Sequence record: DRR723986_3494
Reading direction: 5' to 3' (one strand)
DNA length: 35,388 bases
Shown here piece by piece: positions 18,101 through 25,910 of the stretch. The number at the start of each line of letters is the position of its first letter. The stretch's first letter is position 1. The position numbers were made by a program, and so were the translations under genes. The notes below the pieces were generated by a model. The model did not search any database, had not been told where the DNA came from, and saw only the letters and a list, made by a program, of their open reading frames with translations.

Positions 18101-18596
18101 CACCGATAAACATATGCTCCGACTGATGGGGCAGCGTAGACGACTTGGCTGCGTGATCATCCCCCGCCACCGCGAGTACGCCACCGTATTGGCTGGTGCC
18201 GGCAGCATTGGCATGTTTGATGACATCCATGCTGCGGTCGACACCCGGCCCCTTGCCGTACCACATACCGAACACGCCATCGTACTTCGCATGGCCGTTT
18301 AACCCGAGCTGCTGGCTGCCCCAAACGGCGGTTGCCGCTAAGTCCTCGTTGATGCCCGGTACAAACTTAATATGGTGGCGGTCCAGGTAATCCTGAGCCT
18401 GCCACAGCGTTTGATCCAGTGTGCCCAGTGGCGAACCACGATAGCCCGAAATGAAGCCCGCGGTATTCAGGCCTCGCTCCTGGTCGCGCTGATGCTGAAG
18501 AATGGGTAGGCGCACCAAGGCCTCTATCCCGGTGAGATAGGCCCGGGTCGTGTCCAATGCGTATTTGTCTGCCAGCGATACCTTGCGCAGTGCCAT
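15117..18596 (-). CDS. Indolepyruvate ferredoxin oxidoreductase family protein (fused IorA-IorB)
   Basis: ISGYRGSPLG, CSGCPHN, TPP motif GDGTYFHSG...YNDAVAMTGGQ, ferredoxin motif CEGCGDC...NC and beta-subunit GIGGTGV; 1159 aa. Confidence 0.95.
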   Translation of the reverse strand: MALRKVSLADKYALDTTRAYLTGIEALVRLPILQHQRDQERGLNTAGFISGYRGSPLGTLDQTLWQAQDYLDRHHIKFVPGINEDLAATAVWGSQQLGLNGHAKYDGVFGMWYGKGPGVDRSMDVIKHANAAGTSQYGGVLAVAGDDHAAKSSTLPHQSEHMFIGASIPVLAPANVQEVLDLGVFGWELSRYCGSWVALKAITENMDSAISAEIDPHRINIVLPEDFVLPADGVHLRWPDTPLDQERRLNKYKIYAARAFALANHINRIVIDSPKPRLGIITSGKAYLDVMQALEDLGIDHDSAAAIGLRVYKVGMPWPLEPVLTHEFASGLEEILVVEEKRSIIEDQLTGQLYNWAVDKRPRVIGEFDEHGADLLPNVSELTPAMVARAIAARIRRFYQSEDIEKRLSFYQQKEQSLASKRNKIDRKPHYCSGCPHNTSTQVPEGSIAMGGIGCHYMSTFMESRPAQTFTQMGGEGVTWIGQAAFTDTEHVFQNLGDGTYFHSGILAIRQAIAAGVNITYKLLYNDAVAMTGGQPVDGQLSVEQIILQLRGEGVERIALVSDQPEKHTLAETEGLSIHHRDEVLPVQEMLRRVKGCSVLIYEQTCAAEKRRRRKRGLMDDPNRRVVINQAVCEGCGDCAKKSNCLSVVPVKTELGRKREIDQSACNKDYSCVKGFCPSFVSVIGGRLRQSTATAENDFAALPEPAAHSLEQPWNIVVTGIGGTGVLTVTAVLAMAAHIEGKGCATMNQTGLAQKFGPVVSHLRIARRQEDINAVRIPAGDADLLLGCDLVVSASDEAMAKVNIERSHAVINDSEAPTSASIFDPDAAFPAREMKQIIEEEVGAGKVHFIESTVMASHLMGDAVASNFFMLGYAFQRGLIPVSSEAVDAAIELNDVAVEFNQRAFRWGRRAAIDELAVRRASGLAAEHWQPLSGLDEIVEHRYGQLCDYQNARYAQRYRDAITQLADSERAVVGGQTLSLSIAAARTLYHVMAYKDEYEVARLFTNGEFMRQLREQFEGDFTLQFHMAPPLLSRVDPNTGEHKKRRLPGWCLPAFKLLAAAKGLRGSRWDIFSYTAERRMERELCEQFLADLADIAAQLTFENRGYALELVSSLDKVRGFGHVKQANAQRYAAARRSLLAKFHGDALPFVELASATSQT

Positions 18597-18691
18597 GCTG
18601 CTACCTGCCTGTTATTGTTTTGACTTGGACTAATAATAGGCAGCGGAACGCGAATTTTTTATGTTATTCAGACAGACTAAACGCAGATAAC

Positions 18692-18706
18692 GGTCTAATT
18701 TAGACC
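18692..18706. promoter_or_regulatory. Perfect palindrome, candidate operator upstream of ior
   Basis: GGTCTAA-T-TTAGACC in an AT-rich intergenic region about 100 bp upstream of the ior start. Confidence 0.45.
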
Positions 18707-18722
18707 CAAAAATAAGCGACGC

Positions 18723-18747
18723 AAAAAAAAGCCCGCTTACGCGGGCT
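18723..18747 (-). terminator. Intrinsic terminator of the phytase-like lipoprotein gene
   Basis: Minus-strand hairpin GCCCGC-GTAA-GCGGGC followed by an 8-T tract. Confidence 0.9.
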
Positions 18748-18770
18748 GAGTGATTAGGGCCTGTTATTGT

Positions 18771-21329
18771 TTACTTCACAATATTGCCCAAGTTCAATAG
18801 CTGGATTTCGCCACTGTTGTCATCGACGCCGTCGTTGTCATTGATGATCAGCACGTCGCCATTGGCCATCAGGGCAGCCCCCTCTATTTTTTCGGGCACC
18901 AGTCCGCCTGGCATCTGCAAATCATCCATCAGGTCACGCACCAATGTTTTGGTCACAGTATCGCCGGTTACCAAGCCACTAAGGTCGAACTCATAAAGGC
19001 GTTTAATTGCCGCATCAGGGCCGCCTTGATTATCGCGCTCGATGACCATGAAGCGCTCGCCACCCAGTGCGGTAATCTCAGACAAACCAACCCAACCACC
19101 GTTTTGGGAAAGCGCAGCATCCAGGGGGTAGAAGAAGAAGTTCCAGGTACTGGTGGCCGGATCGTAAACACCAATGCGCGGTTCAGTGTCACCTTGCCAG
19201 GCGCGCTGGAAAGCCACGTAGACTTTACCGCCCTGCTCCGCGACGCCTTCAAAACCGAAGCGCTGCTGCGTGGCGTTAACGCTGCCAGGCAGGGTGATTA
19301 CCTGCTCGATCACCGCCTCAGCCGATAGCTTGATAAGCATATTCAAACTGTTGATCGGCCGGTTGTCATCGCCGATGGTTCCGCTGCCCTCAGAGACCAA
19401 CCAAAAGCCCCCGTCGCTGGCTTGAGCCAAACCTTCCGGGTCGAGGTTGACCGTTTTATCATCGTTCACCAGCGCCGCGCGGTCTGCGACATCAAAGACG
19501 CCAACGCGGCTGGGGTGGTCGTCATCAACACTGCTATCCGCGAGCGCGATGGCAGGCAATGACGCGAGTACATCGTTGCTGTCGAGAATGCGCATTTCTT
19601 TATTCAAACGCGCTGGTTGCTCGGCGGTGTCGATGGTAAAGATCCGGCTGCGCTGATAGAAGCTGTCTTCAACGGCATATACCGTGGTGGCCTGGTGGCG
19701 GTCAGCGGCGAGCGCCGATATCGCCGAGAAGGGAATCGGGCTGCCATCTTCACGGTCAGTGGAGAGCACAGTGGGGTACTGCGCAGCAGCGGAGTCGTAG
19801 CGATAGATATTGAGCGCCGCGCGGAATTTGTCATCGCGGGCATCTTCTTCACTGGCCACCACCAGCAAATTTCTCGAGGGGATCGCAAGCGCTCCCTCGG
19901 GCCCCAGTGCCGTGGGTAATACCTGCTTTAATACCGGCTTGCGCAGATCCGCCACATCGTAAACGAAGGCAACACTTGAACGCTCCGAGTTCACGAACAA
20001 ATAGCGCTCACTGCCAAACACAGCAAATTCCGCATTCTCTGGTTCGTTACCTTTATTGCCGGAACGCCCGTCGGGGTAATGCCCCAGTCGCGCCACCCAG
20101 TGATCGAGCTGCTCAGCACTGTCGAAATGCAGTTCGCCCTCTTTATCGAAAACGCTGAACCCGCGGCTACCGCCATTAAGGTCACCCTCGTTGGCCGTAG
20201 CGAAATACTGGCTCGACAACCACGTCACCCCATCGGGCTCACGGGGAACCGCGCTGAGTGAGTCGACCTGACTGATTAATGCCGGCTCTTCTTCCTGGGT
20301 GTCAACGGCGTTTAGATCGCCGGTGCCAGCACTAAAATGATTAACGATGCTGCCATCTGTCAGGTCGATTAATACCAAGTGGTTGTTTTCCTGCAGGGTA
20401 ACCACCGCGATGTTGTCAGCGTTGATGTCCACATACTCTGGCTCGGGGTCTTCGGGGAACAGCGTGGCAAGACCGGTCAAGGCGACATTGCGCACCGCCC
20501 ACGACGCCGGATCAGCCGCGGCAATATCGACAATATCGACACTGCCCGCCGGTAATTGTGGAGGCTCGCCATTTCCGAGGTCCTCGTCGCGCTCATTCTC
20601 AATAGCCACGGCGGCGTAGCGACCGTCCGGGCTTACTGCGACTGAATCGGGCTGCCCAGCGAGATCAAGCTGTTGAACGATGCTGCGGCTAGCGATATCC
20701 ACCACCGCCAGTTTGCCGGATACGTTGACAAAATCCGCGGAGGTATTCACGCCCACTAGCGCATAACCGCCCTTCACCGCCACCGAGGTTGGCTCGCCGC
20801 CAAGCGGCAGTGCGCCCAGGCCCGTGGGTTGGTCTGGCGTGGTGATATCGACAAAACCAATACTGTCGCTGGGGCTGTCGGTGTAAATCAGTACATTGCC
20901 ATCTTCGCTGGCGGCAACAATCTCTGCCGCCGTTTCGGCGTCGGTATCACAGCTGGCATCCAGCTGCTGACAAACGGCGTAGGTGGCGATGCGATTGAAA
21001 TTTTTGTCGTCATTGAGCTGAGTCGGATCGCACAGGGTGGTCGACTGATCAACCTCTGCGGCATCTAATGCACCGTCGCCGTTATCGTCCAAACCTGAAT
21101 CAATGCGCAAACCGCCGTCGAAACACTGGAGGTCACCCACGGGCAGCCGGTGTTGGCTAATTAGGCTGTTTATGCCGTCGCTGCCATTGCTACCATTTTG
21201 ACCGTCACTACCGGCAATACCCTGCGGACCCTGAGCACCGTTTCGGCCATCGTCACCACCACAGGCCACCAACATCAGCGATGACGCAATTAGCACCCCA
21301 CTAGCGATCGCATTCTTTGTAAAACGCAT
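18771..21329 (-). CDS. Multidomain lipoprotein: collagen-like linker, beta-propeller (choice-of-anchor-I-like) and phytase-like esterase domain; putative phosphatase
   Basis: Lipobox LVAC, ten G-X-Y triplets and a C..GG..I.SG.D.NG.G.LD..EV module. Motifs EPEYV, REPD, TANEGD and EPE in the first propeller; DPEGLA, GFEGV, GLSEI, VIERDN, KIEG and INDNDG in the second. Start ATG 21329 follows SD GGAG. Confidence 0.8.
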   Translation of the reverse strand: MRFTKNAIASGVLIASSLMLVACGGDDGRNGAQGPQGIAGSDGQNGSNGSDGINSLISQHRLPVGDLQCFDGGLRIDSGLDDNGDGALDAAEVDQSTTLCDPTQLNDDKNFNRIATYAVCQQLDASCDTDAETAAEIVAASEDGNVLIYTDSPSDSIGFVDITTPDQPTGLGALPLGGEPTSVAVKGGYALVGVNTSADFVNVSGKLAVVDIASRSIVQQLDLAGQPDSVAVSPDGRYAAVAIENERDEDLGNGEPPQLPAGSVDIVDIAAADPASWAVRNVALTGLATLFPEDPEPEYVDINADNIAVVTLQENNHLVLIDLTDGSIVNHFSAGTGDLNAVDTQEEEPALISQVDSLSAVPREPDGVTWLSSQYFATANEGDLNGGSRGFSVFDKEGELHFDSAEQLDHWVARLGHYPDGRSGNKGNEPENAEFAVFGSERYLFVNSERSSVAFVYDVADLRKPVLKQVLPTALGPEGALAIPSRNLLVVASEEDARDDKFRAALNIYRYDSAAAQYPTVLSTDREDGSPIPFSAISALAADRHQATTVYAVEDSFYQRSRIFTIDTAEQPARLNKEMRILDSNDVLASLPAIALADSSVDDDHPSRVGVFDVADRAALVNDDKTVNLDPEGLAQASDGGFWLVSEGSGTIGDDNRPINSLNMLIKLSAEAVIEQVITLPGSVNATQQRFGFEGVAEQGGKVYVAFQRAWQGDTEPRIGVYDPATSTWNFFFYPLDAALSQNGGWVGLSEITALGGERFMVIERDNQGGPDAAIKRLYEFDLSGLVTGDTVTKTLVRDLMDDLQMPGGLVPEKIEGAALMANGDVLIINDNDGVDDNSGEIQLLNLGNIVK

Positions 21330-21365
21330 TATTGTTCTCTCCAACTCGGAATAAGGTTGGGGAGC

Positions 21366-21421
21366 AGGCTAATAGAGCAGAACTACATTTTGACGACGGT
21401 TTTGTTGCAGGAAAGAGACAG
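21366..21421 (-). promoter_or_regulatory. Putative Pho-box promoter
   Basis: Minus strand CTGTCTC-N4-CTGCAAC-N4-CCGTCGT-N4-ATGTAGT (11-bp period, degenerate CTGTCAT), ending 10 bp before a -10-like TAGCCT. Confidence 0.5.
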
Positions 21422-21443
21422 CGGCGAGGATTGCCCTCGCCGC
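21421..21443 (-). terminator. Probable terminator after the kstD-like gene
   Basis: 9-bp GC stem GCGGCGAGG/CCTCGCCGC, 7 bp past the stop codon. The following pyrimidine tract (TGTCTCTTT) is weak. Confidence 0.65.
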
Positions 21444-21450
21444 GGGTATT

Positions 21451-23163
21451 TTAGTCTTGGTAACCGCTGATGTGCTTGGCGGCCTGGTAGGCGAAGGTCA
21501 TCGCAGGCCCCAATGTTGAGCCCGGGCCCGGGTAGGTTGGCAGCACCGCCGCGCTACAGTTGCCCACCGCGTAGAGGCCATCGATTGCCTGGCCATCCTC
21601 TTTCATCACCTGTGCGTTGGGGTTCGTGGCCAGCCCGCCCTGTGTGCCGAAGTCACCGGCGTCGACACGAATCGCATAAAACGGCGCTTCGTCAATGGCG
21701 CCCAAACAGGGGTTGGGCTCAAAGCGCTGATCGCCATAGTAGCGGTCATAGGCCGAGTCGCCGCGCTGGAACTCGGGGTCTTTACCGGTTTTCGCATAGC
21801 CGTTCATTTTTTCAACGGTCTTTTCGAGGTTGTCGGCGTTAATGCCCAGCTGCCCGGCCAACTCGCGAATACTGTCAGCCTTGCCGACCAACTTGGTGTC
21901 AAACCAATTCTTGGGAATCGTCCAGTCCGGTTTGAGTTGGGCCGTCATTAATGGACCAACAATGTAGTCGCGGCGAAAACGCGCGTCGAACACCTGGTAC
22001 ATCGGTGAACAGGGGTTCTCTTCGCTGTGCACTTGGTAGAGGTCTTTCTGGAAGGCCATATAGTTTTGCGACTCATTGGCAAAACGCTCGCCATTCATAT
22101 TCACCACACAGGAGCCAGGGAAGGATTTCTCCATAATGCTCAAACGCGGTGCCGGCTCTCCTGGCACAGAGATCGTGGTACACCACCAGGCGCCATCCAT
22201 CAGGCGGGTAGCCGCACCCAGGCGCATACCTTCGTTGATCGCGTCGCCAGTGTTGCCGTCCACCCCACCGCTCCACTGTGTGCTGGTGGGCGCGGGCAAA
22301 TATTTTTCGCGCATGGCTTGATTCTTCTCAAAGCCGCCGGCCGCCAGCACCACGCCCTTGCGGGCCTGAATGCGCATACGCTTGCCTTGCTTGCTAACTT
22401 CGGCACCCACCACGCGACCATTCTCTTCGATCAGCGATAGCATGGGGCTTTCGGTCCACAGCGGAATGTCGCGCTTCTTCAGCGAGTACCACAAGCGCGC
22501 CACTCCCGCAGCCCCGGTACACACCTTGCGGCTTGTTTTGCGGCCGCGCAGCAGCCAGCCGAAATCCAGGAAATAGCTGGCCATCAGTTTTAGCGTCAGC
22601 TTTACCCAACCCGGCCCCTGAACAGTTAGCAACGCCGCCTCAACCTGGGTGAAATAAATACGATCAAACAGGCGCATCATGTGATGCGAGGGGCGCAGGC
22701 GTTTGACATCGTCGCCCAATAGCGAAGAATCAAAACGCTCCGGCTCCATTGAGCGGTGGCCCGTGCGCGAGCCTTCGACATTGGTGTAGTAATCAGGATA
22801 GTGCTCCAGAGTCTCGTAGCGCACATCGCTGCGCTGGTGCAGAAACTCGACCATCTTCGGGCCGTTCTCCAGATAGGCATCGACCATTTCTTCAGGCACC
22901 GCGCCCTCGGGCGTGGTATTCAGCAAGTATTGTTTTGCATCCGCGATGCTGTCCTGCGCGCCCGCCGCCTTTGCATAGCGATTATTGGGAATCCACACAC
23001 CGCCACCCGACGTTGCGCTGGTACCACCAACAAGCTCGGATTTTTCAAGCAATAGGACGTCGGTAACACCCATTTCGTAGCAGCTGAGAGCGGCGGTCAT
23101 GGCGCCATTACCACTGCCGACCACCAAGACGTCGACGCTGTGATCCCAGTTTTGTTCTGTCAT
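21451..23163 (-). CDS. kstD: FAD-dependent oxidoreductase, 3-ketosteroid-delta1-dehydrogenase-like
   Basis: VVGSG, GGTSATSGGGVWIPNN, YPDYY, RFANESQNY, GLYAVGN and YPGPGSTLG. The tyrosines in the YPDYY, ESQNY and YPGPG motifs correspond to KstD active-site positions. Confidence 0.75.
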   Translation of the reverse strand: MTEQNWDHSVDVLVVGSGNGAMTAALSCYEMGVTDVLLLEKSELVGGTSATSGGGVWIPNNRYAKAAGAQDSIADAKQYLLNTTPEGAVPEEMVDAYLENGPKMVEFLHQRSDVRYETLEHYPDYYTNVEGSRTGHRSMEPERFDSSLLGDDVKRLRPSHHMMRLFDRIYFTQVEAALLTVQGPGWVKLTLKLMASYFLDFGWLLRGRKTSRKVCTGAAGVARLWYSLKKRDIPLWTESPMLSLIEENGRVVGAEVSKQGKRMRIQARKGVVLAAGGFEKNQAMREKYLPAPTSTQWSGGVDGNTGDAINEGMRLGAATRLMDGAWWCTTISVPGEPAPRLSIMEKSFPGSCVVNMNGERFANESQNYMAFQKDLYQVHSEENPCSPMYQVFDARFRRDYIVGPLMTAQLKPDWTIPKNWFDTKLVGKADSIRELAGQLGINADNLEKTVEKMNGYAKTGKDPEFQRGDSAYDRYYGDQRFEPNPCLGAIDEAPFYAIRVDAGDFGTQGGLATNPNAQVMKEDGQAIDGLYAVGNCSAAVLPTYPGPGSTLGPAMTFAYQAAKHISGYQD

Positions 23164-23316
23164 AGTTCTTATTCCGGCGTGCTGGCCCAGTTATCGCGGT
23201 CGAACTGCGTCCATCGGGCGTATTTAAAGTGTATGATCGGCCATCATGGTAGCCCCACGCCCCGCAGCACCCAATCATCCGTCTGCATGAGGCTGACCCG
23301 TACTCGGAGAAATCAC

Positions 23317-23997
23317 ATGTCGACGCTCTATGACCGTTATTTATCGCGCGCTATTGATCAACACGGCAGCATCGCTGCCATAGAAGCGCAATTGCCCAGC
23401 CATAAGAGCCCCGCTGAACTGATCGGCACACCGGACGACCGCTACCTCGCTGAAATGGCGGCCTGTATTTTTCGTGCGGGCTTTGTGTGGCGCGTTGTCG
23501 GCCAAAAGTGGCCTGGCTTTGAGGAGGTTTTCAATCGCTTTCTGCCCATCTGGGTGGCGATGCGCTCCCCCGAGCAGATAGAGGAGATGGCCAGCGATAC
23601 GCGAATTATTCGCAACCTGAGCAAGGTGCGCGCGGTACAGGAAAACGCCCATTTCGTTTTAGAGCTGCAGGAGAAGCATGGTGGCGTGGGCCAATTCCTC
23701 GCCGATTGGCCCAGTGATGACACCATCGGTCTTTGGGCATATCTGAAAAAACATGGCTGCCGACTCGGCGGCAATAGCGGCCAATACTTCCTGCGCTTTG
23801 TCGGCAAGGATACGTTCGTATTGAGCCGTGACGTGGCCACCGCCTTGATGGCCGAGGGAATTGTTGACCGCACCCAGATCACTGCCAAACGCGACCTGAT
23901 CAAGGTACAGGATGCCTTCAATACACTGCAGGCCCAGAGCGGCCGACCACTGTGCGAGATCAGTATGATTCTCGCACTTTCTCTGGGCCCGCGCTGA
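23317..23997 (+). CDS. DNA-3-methyladenine glycosylase I (Tag)-like protein
   Basis: Motifs IFRAGFVWRVV..KWPGFEEVF and D.RIIRN..K. Start ATG 23317 follows SD GGAG. Confidence 0.78.
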   Translation: MSTLYDRYLSRAIDQHGSIAAIEAQLPSHKSPAELIGTPDDRYLAEMAACIFRAGFVWRVVGQKWPGFEEVFNRFLPIWVAMRSPEQIEEMASDTRIIRNLSKVRAVQENAHFVLELQEKHGGVGQFLADWPSDDTIGLWAYLKKHGCRLGGNSGQYFLRFVGKDTFVLSRDVATALMAEGIVDRTQITAKRDLIKVQDAFNTLQAQSGRPLCEISMILALSLGPR

Positions 23998-24005
23998 ACC
24001 TTCGC

Positions 24006-25859
24006 TTAGTGCAGATCGGCGACCACACCGACTTGCGGCAGGTTGGCTAAGCCGATGTCCCGGGCGTGTTCCTCGAAGTCTTTGTTCTTCCAGAAGAATG
24101 CGCCGGGCATCGTGGTCGGTACAACCAATACATAAAACAGCGCCCGCCCAATTACCGCATAGGCCAACACACATAAGCTCAACGCCGCCGCGATCAAGCC
24201 TGTGGCGACGCCACCCTGCGTGAGGGTAAGGCCCAGAGCAATCACCGCGCTAAGCAACAACAGCGTATTGCGCAGCAGATAACTTTTGGCAAACACCGTT
24301 GTTTGAATGTAATGGGAAACGCTGCCCTCGTTGTTGGCAACATTCATTGCTCGGGCATGTTGCCACAGACCCAGCCCCTCGATTAGCGCAGCGACCACAA
24401 TCAGCCCGCCCCCCAGGGCAAGCATGGCGACGGTGTTTTCAGCTGCGCCGCTGGCCGGCGCGCTAAGCAACATAAACCACAAGCAAACAATACCGCCGAG
24501 AGCCAGGGCAGAGCCAACAAAGCTGCTACCTGTTTGCCAGTGATTCCAAAAGGGCCGTGCAGGAATCCGATAGCAGCGATACATGTAATACAGGCCAACG
24601 GCGCCAGACACCAGTGCGAGTGTACTCAACACAGCGGCTGCGACCGGGTAGTGCCCCCAATCGCCAAACCAACGCTGAAATACCGCATTATCGGGCAGCA
24701 CGCTCAGTAAATGCAGGCCGGCAAACACCATGTATAGCAGCATGCCCAAGCCCTCGCGGCACACTGGGGAATGGCGAAGATTATTGAAGCCGCGGTAAAA
24801 GCGCAGCGGCTTGCCCAAGTGGGTTGCCGACATCAGCATGCCGACACCTGCCAGGGCGACAACCAGCGCAACAAACGGCACATACAGCGCCGATGAGCGC
24901 AGCGCGAGTATCGGCTCAAGGGCGAATGCCGAACCCAGCGTACTAATGGCAAAGGCCCCCAAGGACGCCTGACTAACCAGTGTAAAAATCACCAAGGGGT
25001 TTTCGCGAGAGCTCAGCTTGTCCAGCCCCCAACGCTTTTCAACGCCCTTTTTCTGGTCCACAACCGGGCGGTACTCACCCTGCTCATCTTTGTGATATTT
25101 CACCGCCATACCATCGGTGCGTGTCACCTCATCCGGCATGCGTTTAGTTTGCTGGAAGCGAATATTCGGATGCGTAATTTCCGGGCTGGGAAAACCGGGA
25201 ATACTGAGCTTCGCCTGCTCGCGATTCTCCGGCAGATCTTCCACGACACCGAAATTAAGCGCGTTACCCAGGCAGGCAGAAACACAGGCCGGCTTTAAAT
25301 TTACTTCCAGGCGATCAACGCACATATTGCATTTGCTCACCTGGCCTTTTATTGGGTCTAACTGCGGCGCATTGTAGGGGCAAACCCACGTGCAATAACC
25401 GCAACCAAAACAGGTTTCCGGGTCTTGCAATACCGCGCCATACTCAACATGTTTGGTATAGGCGCGCGTTGGACACCCCTTCAGACACACCGGATCGTCG
25501 CAGTGATTACAGGCCATTGAGATATTCATGCGCTTGAAATCGGGGTAACTGCCTCCCTCGACATAGCCCACTGACCGAAAGCTGATATGCGCGGGGTTAT
25601 CATTTTTTTCACTGCACGCAGCCTCACAGGCGTGGCAGCCAATGCAGTTGTCGGCGGTAAAGTGAAAGGCGTGTTGCTTGTTGCGATTCGGGTTGCTGCC
25701 CACGCCAGGCTCTTCATTGATAAACATTTCGCGCCCGGCAGGCACAGCGCCGCCGCTGCGGGCGATCAGATCAATGGGCGCCTCATAGTAATTCACCTCA
25801 GGCGCGCCAGACTCTTTCAGGAAAGCGTACTGCGGCTCATCGTCTCGAACCTTCCACAT
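24006..25859 (-). CDS. Fused DmsB-like four-cluster Fe-S domain and DmsC/YnfH-like membrane anchor
   Basis: Four Cys groups (CIGCHACEAAC, CNHCDDPVCLKGC, CFGCGYCTWVC, CNMC...PACVSAC), then E.PLVIFTLVSQ, HLGKPLR and NLRHSPVCRE with about 8 hydrophobic helices. Confidence 0.92.
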   Translation of the reverse strand: MWKVRDDEPQYAFLKESGAPEVNYYEAPIDLIARSGGAVPAGREMFINEEPGVGSNPNRNKQHAFHFTADNCIGCHACEAACSEKNDNPAHISFRSVGYVEGGSYPDFKRMNISMACNHCDDPVCLKGCPTRAYTKHVEYGAVLQDPETCFGCGYCTWVCPYNAPQLDPIKGQVSKCNMCVDRLEVNLKPACVSACLGNALNFGVVEDLPENREQAKLSIPGFPSPEITHPNIRFQQTKRMPDEVTRTDGMAVKYHKDEQGEYRPVVDQKKGVEKRWGLDKLSSRENPLVIFTLVSQASLGAFAISTLGSAFALEPILALRSSALYVPFVALVVALAGVGMLMSATHLGKPLRFYRGFNNLRHSPVCREGLGMLLYMVFAGLHLLSVLPDNAVFQRWFGDWGHYPVAAAVLSTLALVSGAVGLYYMYRCYRIPARPFWNHWQTGSSFVGSALALGGIVCLWFMLLSAPASGAAENTVAMLALGGGLIVVAALIEGLGLWQHARAMNVANNEGSVSHYIQTTVFAKSYLLRNTLLLLSAVIALGLTLTQGGVATGLIAAALSLCVLAYAVIGRALFYVLVVPTTMPGAFFWKNKDFEEHARDIGLANLPQVGVVADLH

Positions 25860-25910
25860 AAACTAAGCCCTTCTTGGTGTAATGGGGGATGTCACGGCTA
25901 ACACGGCCAA

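Noticed and set aside
4946-18746. Near-identical hairpins GCCCGC(A)TTACGCGGGC at 4947-4963 and 18731-18746 as a REP/MITE family
   Set aside because: Only two short copies, each followed by a U-tract after a gene. Ordinary terminators with a stable loop explain them.
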